Assembly (NCBI GenBank): GCA_950097015.1
Contig: CATNEN010000029.1
Span: 3,348,001 to 3,412,000 of the forward strand
DNA: 64,000 nucleotides
Direction: 5' to 3'
Source: Macrostomum hystrix
Lineage: Eukaryota > Animalia > Platyhelminthes
Numbering within the stretch: the stretch's first letter is position 1; each line of letters opens with the position of its first letter. The position numbers were made by a program, and so were the translations under genes. Positions 24,404 through 34,626 of this stretch are shown in pieces. Below the pieces are notes generated by a model. It was not told the origin of the DNA. It searched no databases and saw only the letters and a program-made list of their open reading frames with translations.

Positions 24404-25835
24404 ATGTTCAAAGGCAAGAAATCAGGCGCCAAGCCGAAGCTAGATGACAGCGCCAAGGCTGCCGTCATGGCCACCGCAGGTCTCGACGGTTCCGGCGCTG
24501 CGGCTGGTGGTGCCAGTGGCTCCGGCGCGCACGCAGCCGGAGCTGGTGGCGCGCAGCTTCTTAGCCAGGCTCTGGAGCGTTATAATCTGCGAATGCGCCG
24601 ATTTTGCAAGGCCGGAGCCATTGTTGCTGCAATCGGAGCCGTCATACTGATCACCGGCTCACTGCTGGTGCACTTCTTCAAAGGCCATCTGTCATCTGAC
24701 ACGTGGAAAAGGTTGGTTAATTAAATTTCAATGAGTTTAGCTTTGGGATTAGAGATGGGTTAGGGGTATTCTGGATGGGTTTTAGGGGTATTCTAGATGG
24801 GTTTTAGGGGTATTCCATATGGGTTTATGGGTATTCTGGATGGGTTTAGGGGTATTCTATATGGGTTTATGGGTATTCTGGATGGGTTTTAGGTTATTCT
24901 GGATGTGTTTTGGTGTGGGATTATGAATGGGTTTAGGTGTGCGTGCTTGTGTTACTAACAAATGTACTTTAACAGGATTCCCGGCATCTTCGGCCTGGTC
25001 TTTCTGCTCCTGAGCCTTCTGTTGCTGGGCATCGCGGCCGCCCTGTTGGTGTGCGTCTACCATATGGTCAAAAACCGCGACAAAGACGTGAGTCCCATGT
25101 GTTTTTCTACCATGATTTACTCACATGTCTACGCCTACAGCTAACTTGTTTGTCAAAAAATGGAGCTTGTAGTTAGGGCTTCTGAATTCTTACCTGGCTT
25201 AAATATACAAGATCCAGAAGAGAAGCATATCAAACTGGGCCTCCATAACAAGCCGCCCGGACTCCCATGCGGTTCGCTTACCAATTAAAAAACAATTTTT
25301 ACTACACTTGATTTTTTCTATTTTTCATTGTTCGAATAGTTTAATTTAACTTATCAAACAAAATATATGAAATCAGCACCCATAGATGGCGTGTAATTAT
25401 AATAATAATAATAATACCGAGAGGTTGGGAGTTCGAATTTCAGCTCGAGGGTGAAAGTTTAGGAAAGTTTCGTTTAGGTTCCTTAAGCAAGACACCTTAT
25501 TCCCTATTCGGGTGCCTCTACAGTCCTCAGCCTGAATAGCTGTACTCAGCGTTTGCATAAGCCGCACGATAGCTCCGGCTGTGGCCCAACTGGGCAAGGT
25601 TTCATTTCCTTCTCAAACCAGACTCAACAGCATCGCTCCCCAAAATCTCCAGTCGGCCAGTCCCTACGTAAATCTGCAGCCGCCGCAGCCGGGCAGCCTG
25701 CCAGACGCCGCCTACCCGCGCCAGGAGCTGCCATCGGCGCACAAAGATAACAAAGCCGGCGAAGGTGTTGGAGTAGGTGGAGGTGAGGATGAAACCGCAC
25801 CACTTAGGGCTAATGAAGTGGAAGCCACTGCTTGA
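24404..25835 (+). CDS. Hypothetical protein with two predicted TM helices; exons 24404-24711 and 24976-25087, last exon around 25560-25835 (exact acceptor unresolved)
   Basis: In-frame GT-AG splice WKR|IPGIF. Hydrophobic segments AIVAAIGAVILITGSLLVHFF and IFGLVFLLLSLLLLGIAAALLVCVY. A GC-rich Pro-rich open frame follows at 25581-25835, but I could not fix its phase. Confidence 0.7.
24755..24940. repeat. About 22-bp degenerate minisatellite, about 8 copies, intronic
   Basis: Unit approximately gggtattctggatgggttttagg. Confidence 0.85.
25415..25545 (+). mobile_element. SINE-like fragment (B-box remnant plus CORE-like segment) next to an (AAT)n run
   Basis: gggagttcgaatttcagctc ... gttccttaagcaagacaccttattcc. 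Confidence 0.45.
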
Positions 25836-26709
25836 ATTTCTGCTCCTAAATCGAGTGAGAGTAATATGTCATCGATAATAATTTATTGATGTTTTCTTGG
25901 TAGGTCGTGAAGAAAGTTCGCTGACTATCGTGTCTTAATTATTAATTCGATTTTAAATTATAAATCTAAATCTCAGTTTTTTATTGCATTAACAATAATT
26001 AAAATAGTTTTATTCAGACAGCTTGCTAACCTATATAATGGTTTCTTTAGCTCAATATGCATGAATGAATGACTGTTACATTGTGTGCTGGTTGTTCATG
26101 TTATGCCATTTTTTATGATCGATTTTTAGTCTGTATTTATACACAGGTTCTTAACCGTGACAGGTTTGCTGCATTTTATCGGCTTGTTTAAGGGCATACT
26201 CTATGCATTAGCACAGCAGCGTAATGTAACTGCTACATACATACATACATCGGAACGATTGTTTTGATGTCAGTCGTTTTATTTTTTCAGCTTTTAACAG
26301 TATTGATTTTTACGATAAGCTCTCGGCAAGACATTTTGTTAACTTATCGTTTTCATTTCATTAAAACCATAAAGGTTATATATTTCATTATAGTGTACTC
26401 GTATACGCCCTGCTTTGCATGCTATTATACTCAATAATCTCGCTGCTAAGTTTGCTGCCTAGTCAGTTTTATTTTATTCAACTCTACCTTCTGCTTCTTT
26501 AACGCTTTTAAAACGCTTCTTTATTTAAGTCAATGATTACTATTGCATCAGTTACTATTGTACATTTACGTACTTGAATAAATAAATAAAGATGACGAAG
26601 GGAACCAGTTATTTATTCAACAATTTTAATCAACAAAAATGCATCTGCGCACAAGCGCCGTTGACTTTAGAGTTTATTAATAAGAGCTCATTATTCATTG
26701 TCAATAGCT

Positions 26710-27972
26710 CTAGGCTGAGGGCACCTTGGCGTACTGAAAGTCAGCCCCAGTCATGTAGTCTGCAATGTCTAGAGCAACAACGCAACTCTCTCGTACAAGG
26801 ATCTCAGGATCGTTGAGGTACTGGCGCAGCAGTTCCACACAGCGAGGCGTGCCGATGGCGCCGAGAGCTTCGGCCGCTTCGTGTCGCACCATGCCGTGCT
26901 CCGATTGGTCAGTCAGCCGGCCAATCAGAGCGTCCGTGGAGCTGGGGTGGCCCAGCTGGCCCAACACGAAGGCGACCTCGTGTCGCAGCAGGGCGCTCTC
27001 AGGGCAGGTCAGGGCGGCACAGAGGGCCGCCACCGCTGCCTCCGCCTCCGGGCCCGTCGGCGAGTTTTTTACTACTATATTGCGCAGAGAGAACATTGCC
27101 CGGTAGCGATCGTACAGGGGCACTGACGAGTCCGACTGAGGTGGCGAATAGGGGATAAACATCACGGGAACATGTGTCAGCTAGGTCATAATTGGAACAG
27201 GTGTTTAGAATCATAAATGATTACACCTGCCCCGATTGGGTCAGATATGCAGCAGACAGCACAACCGAAGCTATCTGAAGGCTGCGTTCAGTCTCAATTA
27301 CTCAATTAACCCAGCTAATTCTGGTACCCTTAATGCAGGGTCTTGCTAAAGGACACAAATTGTTCAAGTGGAGTCGTGAGTCCGACACTAACTACAAGGC
27401 TACAACCTCCTAACTTGTATAGACAAAGTAGAACTTCTCACCAGCCTCTTCGCTAACTCTGCCACGGTCTCGTCGGTGCTGTTATCCGGCGGCGCCGGAT
27501 CCACGGACGAGCAGGCGGCGTCGGCCTTGGCGACCTCGTCGGGCCGGGCAGTCTTGGCCCAGGCAATGCGTCGCATGGCCAGCTGGCAGGTCTCGGCCAG
27601 CTCCTGCTCAGGTGAATTAGTCAGCTCAGCCACAGCCGCCAGGGCCTCCTCGGTGCCGATAGCGCCCAGTGCCTCGGCGGCCTCGTGTCGGACAATGACC
27701 GGCTGCGCCGGGTCGTTCAGAACCCGTCGGAGATGGCCCACACAAGCCGGGTCGCCCTTCTGGCCCAGCACGTAGGCCAGCTCGTGCTTTAACAGCGCAG
27801 ACTTGTCGGTGAACAGGGCGGCGCTGATCAGTTCCACGGCTGCTGGCTCCCTGGCGTGGCGAAGGCCGTACAGACAGCGAAACTTATCGACTAATGGTGT
27901 TTGATCTCCCGCCAGCTGCTCACCCCAGCTGCGCAGGGTGGCCTCGTCCACCGGCTTGATGTCGGCGTCCAT
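26710..27972 (-). CDS. DOHH: Deoxyhypusine hydroxylase, 318 aa; exons 27972-27442 and 27135-26710
   Basis: Four HE motifs in HEAT-like repeats (LLKHELAYVLGQ, IVRHEAAEALGAI, LLRHEVAFVLGQ, MVRHEAAEALGAI), SVDPAPP linker and C-terminal VRESCVVALD. The intron is GT-AG and phase 0. Confidence 0.97.
27228..27409 (-). mobile_element. Internally deleted copy of the tRNA(Met)-like SINE in the DOHH intron
   Basis: Colinear with 2375-2646 (gattgggtcagatatgcagcagacagcaca; ctaaaggacacaa; acaaggctacaacctc). Confidence 0.75.
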
Positions 27973-28040
27973 GCCGCTGCTAGTCTAAGCTGCGGAGCCA
28001 ATCAGAGATAGACACGTCATTAAATATGATACTGTATGTT

Positions 28041-28438
28041 AATAATAATAATAATAATTGACACTAGACCCAAGGGCCAGTGCAGGTGGTGTATCAGGCA
28101 CACTAGCAGGTGGGGACTGCACACCTATTGTACTCCCCGGCTCTCTCGGACAACGGTTGACAGCTGCGTGTCAGCAATGGAATTTATTTTTTCAAAACAT
28201 ATCGGCAGCATCCGAACCCTACAGAATTGCCGTACAGAACTGCTTTATTCCACGCCAGCTGGAATTATTATTACCCGACGAAATTTCGGTACCCATTTGC
28301 AGCTGAGTAGACTGTGTGCACATCAGGGCAAAGCAGCTTGCCAAAGGCTGCACGAACAGTTCTAGACTAGGTCGGGAGTCGAACCCAGGACCATTTGATC
28401 TAGAGTCCGACACCTTACTGACTGAGCTATCCGCCCGC
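28041..28438 (-). mobile_element. Near full-length tRNA-derived (Tyr-like) SINE with a CORE-like domain and (TTA)n tail
   Basis: Minus strand: A box TAGCTCAGTCAG, B box GGTTCGACTCC, then cctttggcaagctgctttgccc...cagtctactcagctgcaaatgggtacc and a (TTA)6 tail. Possible short target-site duplication atgtt. Confidence 0.85.
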
Positions 28439-29539
28439 GATGTTATTTACTGCATGTCATTTACGACAATAAATCACACGCATACGCGCCACTTGACAGA
28501 ATCCTAAAGACTGTGACATCGCTAAAATTAATTGCATTGATTAATTTTAACAGTAGGACTACCAAGCCATTTTGCCGCTGTTTTTATACCAAGGGCCCCC
28601 CCAGAATTTTTTGGCAGTGCCTGAATGCTAACCGTGTTGGGTGGTGACTGATTGGTTGACAGACTAGGCGATGGTGTCCTGTGGTTGAGCTGCGCCTAAT
28701 ATTTAGGCTTGATCAGAGAAATTGGAGAAATTCGCGTCAGGGTGTCGGTAGTGGCCTAGTTCTAGCCCTTGAAGGTCCAGCAGTCCATCTAGATAAAGGT
28801 AGGTGACCACCGAAGACGGAGATGATACAGGCACATTCGGGTGACATGCTGATAAATTTTGAAGGTCTGGCAAGGCCGCACTGAGGAGCAGTGCTAATTT
28901 GTGTATGAAATGACACTAGCGCATATGGGAAAAATCTGACTTTGAATATTCAGATATTCAGACCCATTGAATATCTCGACGGTCTGAAGAGCTGGCGACT
29001 TGATTTTTGTTTCAGAAGATGCGCAACAAAAAGTTGGCCCGTGTTCTTGAGTTTCGTGTGCTTGCGTTGCTCGTTTCGAATAAAGCACAATTTTTTTTCA
29101 AAAAATCCACCCTTGGTGGTTCCCTACTGTTAATAAGTCACTATCATCTCACATATAGTACTAAGAGTAGGCGCAATGACAAATTTCCGAAGCCACATTT
29201 TTTTAACGCCCGAACAGCATATGAGGAATCAAACTTTTAAGATGACAGTCGTGAAAAGAATATACAGCACTTGGGCAAATGTGCGGCGAATTAAAAATTC
29301 TTCAAATTGAGTCATGGTTATTCGAGTGGACGCGGGAATTTCAAAGGGCACCTAGTTGCTATGCAAATGAAAAGAATGAAGGCGCACTAGACAGTACAGA
29401 GCCGAAACTAGCCGATGACATTTCGTCTCAACTGAGGAAAAAGCAGTAGAGGCGAAACTATCTAGACACGATTCTCAGGGGAGGGAGGTCGCAGTGACGA
29501 AGCGGGCTTTTATTTTTGCTAATATTATGGAGCGCATAT

Positions 29540-29965
29540 TCTTCCATTGGAAGGACTCGAAACAGTTGCTCTCAAGTGGTTTGAATCCCACTTGGACGGG
29601 CAGCGGCGGAGGAGTGTCACTGGGAGAGCTAGGGTCGTTGGAGAGTTGGCAAAGGGGCAGGATGGAGGGAGGAAAAGGGGAGAACTTGGAAAGCGCAAAA
29701 TCCAATATATCCAAGTGTCCGCGCGGGTTAGAAAAAATGGGTGGGAAGCTGGAAACACAGGGCATGGCTCGATAATTGTCCAGCAAGTCGCTATCCCCAG
29801 AGCCGATGAGGGCGGAGCAGGAGATGGCGAAGAACTAGGCCCCGGAGAAAGTGGGAGTTTGTATGGGGCAGCAGCCAAGGGAGTGGTGGGAAGTACTTTA
29901 GGTAGGTCTGTAGAGAGCAGAGAGAAGATGGTAGGGGAGGCAGCGGGTATTCCCCAAGTCCCGAG
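29540..29965 (+). mobile_element. Possible decayed LINE reverse-transcriptase remnant
   Basis: LEGLETVALKWFESHLDGQRRRSV resembles the CR1/L2 GI.G..L.WF.SYL..R.QRV segment. GIPQ occurs at about 29945, but with abnormal spacing. Confidence 0.3.
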
Positions 29966-31589
29966 CCGATCTTGATTAATGCGCATCGATGGTTCTCAGC
30001 GAAACCAAACCCGCCCCCGTCGCGGCTGCACTGGGTTTCAGCTTTTTCAAATTCTTTTCTTGGAAAGTTCCACAGCACGCAACCGACTGGATTGGCTGCA
30101 CGCAGTCTCGCGGCATTTAACCATGCGCGTTTGCGCCTGCTCGCTTGCAGCCACTATCGGCTGGCAAATGGTGAAAGCAAAGAAAACGACAAGAGGGCGG
30201 GGGGCATGGGGGCATTCCGAAAAGAAGAACAAGGCCTGCTCTGCACTCCTCACCCCACTATGGGAAAAGACGCGAATCCACATTTTCTGTGCGCCAGCCG
30301 ATGGTTGATGCACGCAGGCGGAAGGAATACCTATTTATAGCAAATTGGAGAGCGAGTATTATAGAAGTAAAGGTCTGATTTGAGTCTAGCAGAGAAAGAG
30401 AGGCTGACACTGCTGTCGTTTTTTTCGCGTAAAAATTAAATGCAGTTCGAAGGCCATCGGAAAAAAAAGAGGAAGAGAAAAATCAATGCTCTCGGATTTC
30501 TTCCCGGTCCGCAATAAGCCGAATTAAATAAACTTGGAGGGCCTCCGTCGACTTCTAGGGGTTGCTAGGCAAGAAATCAGGGCGCCTCAGCTGGGAAACC
30601 GAATGGAAGAAGCAAGAGGAGCTCAAGGAAGAAGGGAAGACCTAAAAATAGGCGGACAAATGCAAGCTGGAAGTATGACTTTAGAATTCAAACCATGAGC
30701 CAGCATGAGGCCATATGATGAGTTAGCCCGGATAAATATAAATTAAGCAAGGTAAGCAGGCTAGAGACAATAAGTCTGCCAGCCTTATATTATAAACGAA
30801 CAGAAAACAATACCTGCGCCAGAAAGGACTAGGAAATAATGGGAAAATGGGAAGACAGACAAGGAGTATATATTTCTCTGCTCCGCATGGTAGGCATGGA
30901 ACACGCGCGATAGGGACAAATGTAGGATGCGGGGCGACACACGGCTTGGGCGGGAGCTGATACGGGGTGCGGATAAAAACAAGGCATTTTGGGATGCTCC
31001 ACAGGCAAAGCGCTTTCCGTCTTCCCATTGTCGCTATACAAACAATCATTAGTGGGCGCAGAACAATAGGTGAGATAGAAGCACGATTGCCACAGGGAAA
31101 TAGATGTGACAGCAGCTTCCTGAGTGTGTCGGGGATGTGATGGGCTGCATTTTGGGCTGGCGGCATGCGAATGAGGAACCTGTGCCTGAGAAGGGCCAGC
31201 TGCGAATGCTATACAAGCTGGGCTATGCATGAAGGAAATGCGATAAATTGCTTCCCAGAGTAGGAACTAAGGCGAGGACCCAGCGAGAGAGAGGGGGGAA
31301 AAAGATAGGCAGAAATCAGCCGTGCGAGACGAAATCCGCGAAAAATGGACAGCGCAAGAATTGTATGGCCAGCTCTCCGTTGGGTCTATAGCGCCTAGCC
31401 AGCTGTCACGCACAGTTGCAAACCAGCGGCCGATGCTTGGCCCCATAGCGAAATCGGCATGCGGCAGATGCCAGTTTCAGATCTAGCATAAAAAGAGGCC
31501 ATAGATCAAGAGGTCGGCAAACTCCCGCCCTCGGCACTCGAAGCTCACAAATCCGGTCCACTGGCCCCTTGCAACATCTACCCCAACCG

Positions 31590-32610
31590 TGTATCATCTC
31601 TTCCTTATCCAATCTCTTCCTTATCCAATCTCTTCCTTATCCAATCTCTTCCTTATCCAATCTCTTCCTTATCCAATCTCTTCCTTATCTAATCTCTTCC
31701 TTATCCAATCTCTTCCTTATCCAATCTCTTCCTTATCTAATCTCTTCCTTATCCAATCTCTTCCTTATCCAATCTCTTCCTTATCTAATCTCTTCTATAT
31801 CTAATCTCTTCTATATCCAATCTCTTCCTTATCCAATCTCTTCCTTATCCAATCTCTTCCTTATCTAATCTCTTCTATATCTAATCTCTTCTATATCCAA
31901 TCTCTTCCTTATCCAATCTCTTCCTTATCCAATCTCTTCCTTATCTAATCTCTTCTATATCTAATCTCTTCTATATCTAATATCTTCCTTATCTAATATC
32001 TTCCTTATCTAATCTCTTCTATATCCAATATTTTATTTATCTAATCGCTTCCTTATTTAATCTCTTCCAAATCTAATCTCTTCTATGTATAATCTCTTCC
32101 TTAACTAAATTATTCCATATATAACGTCTTCCATATCTAATCTCTTACATATCTAATCTCTTCCTTATCTAATCTCTTCCTTATACAATCTCTTCCATAT
32201 ATAATCTCTTCCATATCTAATCTCTTCCTTATATAATCTCTTCCATATATAATCTCTTCCTTATCTAATCTCTTCTATATCTAATCTCTTCTATGTATAA
32301 TCTCTTCCTTAACTAAATTATTCCATATATAACGTCTTCCTTATCTAATCTCTTCCTTATATAATCTCTTCCATATCTAATCTCTTCCAAATCTAATCTC
32401 TTCCTTATCTAATCTCTTCCAAATCTAATCTCTTCTATGTATAATCTCTTCCTTAACTAAATTATTCCATATATAACGTCTTCCATATATAATCTCTTCC
32501 ATATCTAATCTCTTCCTTATCTAATCTCTTCCTTATATAATCTCTTCTATATATGATCTCCTCCTAATCTAATATCTTCCTTATCTAATCTCTTCCATAT
32601 CTCACCTCTC
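31590..32610. repeat. 16-bp pyrimidine-rich minisatellite, about 63 copies
   Basis: Unit ccttatccaatctctt, homogeneous at the left end and progressively more diverged to the right. Confidence 0.95.
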
Positions 32611-33133
32611 CCCTGGCGCATTTCTCCCTTGTCTAATCTCACAGCTTTCTTAATATCCCGTCTTATCTTTTTCCAATCTCATCTTTCCCGTGTCTCACCT
32701 CTTTCCTGTCTTATCTTTCCCGTGTCTCACCTCTTTTCTGTCTCATCTCTCCCGTGTCTCACCTGTCCCTTGTTTCACTCCCCCCCTGACTAAATGTGTC
32801 TCGCGTCTCATCTCTCCATTCAATCAGGCCCGCTGTCGTCTTTTGGAATCTCTCTTTAGCCGACTTCTCTCATTCTCTCACTGTTTGTGGGATTAAGCTG
32901 GGAGGTCATATGCATCTTTCTTCTTCGACTATGTGTCAACTCTTTATCAATAGAAATATAGAGTAAACGAATTCAGCCAGATGAAATTTTTACGATTTCT
33001 TGATTCATTATTGACTCCCAATCTCGATCGATCAATTCCCCGAGGGGGGCAGCAGGTGGCAAAAAATAGATTGATCTACAAACTGATTCGTTTGTCTTTG
33101 GCATCTAGCTGAGCTAGCTTAAATAATCTTTAA

Positions 33134-34626
33134 AGGGATTGTGATTCAGGAGGATTGTGAATGAGGGGATAGTGAATCAGAGGGATTGTGATTCAGGAGG
33201 ATTGTGAATGAGGGGATAGTGAATCAGAGGGATTGTGATTCAGGAGGATTGTGAATGAGGGGATAGTGAATCAGAGGTATTGTGATTCAGGAGGATTGTG
33301 AATGAGGGGATAGTGAATCAGAGGGATTGTGATTCAGGAGGATTGTGAATGAGGGGATAGTGAATCAGAGGGATTGTGATTCAGGAGGATTGTGAATGAG
33401 GGGATAGTGAATCAGAGGGATTGTGATTCAGGAGGATTGTGAATGAGGGGATAGTGAATCAGAGGGATTGTGATTCGGGAGGATTGTGAATGAGGGGATA
33501 GTGAATCAGAGGGATTGTGATTCAGGAGGATTGTGAATGAGGGGATAGTGAATCAGAGGGATTAGGAATCGGGAGGATTGTGAATGAGGGGATAGTGAAT
33601 CAGAGGGATTAGGAATCGGGAGGATTGTGAATGAGGGGATAGTGAATCAGAGGGATTGTGAATCAGGAGGATTATGAATGAGGGGATAGTGAATCAGAGG
33701 GATTGTGATTCAGGAGGATTGTGAATGAGGGGATAGTGAATCAGAGGGATTGTGATTCGGGAGGATTGTGAATGAGGGGATAGTGAATCAGAGGGATTGT
33801 GTTTCAGGAGGATTGTGAATGAGGGGATAGTGAATCAGAGGGATTAGGAATCGGGAGGATTGTGAATGAGGGGATAGTGAATCAGAGGGATTAGGAATCG
33901 GGAGGATTGTGAATGAGGGGATAGTGAATCAGAGGGATTAGGAATCGGGAGGATTGTGAATGAGGGGATAGTGAATCAGAGGGATTGTGAATCAGGAGGA
34001 TTATGAATGAGGGGATAGTGAATCAGAGGGATTGTGATTCAGGAGGATTGTGAATGAGGGGATAGTGAATCAGAGGGATTGTGATTCGGGAGGATTATGA
34101 ATGAGGGGATAGTGAATCAGAGGGATTAGGAATCGGGAGGATTGTGAATGAGGGGATAGTGAATCAGAGGGATTGTGAATCAGGAGGATTATGAATGAGG
34201 GGATAGTGAATCAGAGGGATTGTGATTCAGGAGGATTGTGAATGAGGGGATAGTGAATCAGAGGGATTAGGAATCGGGAGGATTGTGAATGAGGGGATAG
34301 TGAATCAGAGGGATTAGGAATCGGGAGGATTGTGAATGAGGGGATAGTGAATCAGAGGGATTGTGAATCAGGAGGATTATGAATGAGGGGATAGTGAATC
34401 AGAGGGATTGTGATTCAGGAGGATTGTGAATGAGGGGATAGTGAATCAGAGGGATTGTGATTCAGGAGGATTATGAATGAGGGGATAGTGAATCAGAGGG
34501 ATTGTGAATCAGGAGGATTATGAATGAGGGGATAGTGAATCAGAGGGATTGTGATTCAGGAGGATTGTGAATGAGGGGATAGTGAATCAGAGGGATTGTG
34601 ATTTAGGAGGATTGTGAATGAGGGGA
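33134..34626. repeat. 47-bp purine-rich satellite, about 31 copies, built from three 15-16 bp sub-repeats
   Basis: Unit gagggattgtgattca ggaggattgtgaatga ggggatagtgaatca. Confidence 0.97.

Noticed and set aside
28365-28438. tRNA-like sequence with CTA at the anticodon position (amber suppressor?)
   Set aside because: The acceptor stem does not pair and it continues into a SINE body and tail, so it is a SINE head rather than a tRNA gene.
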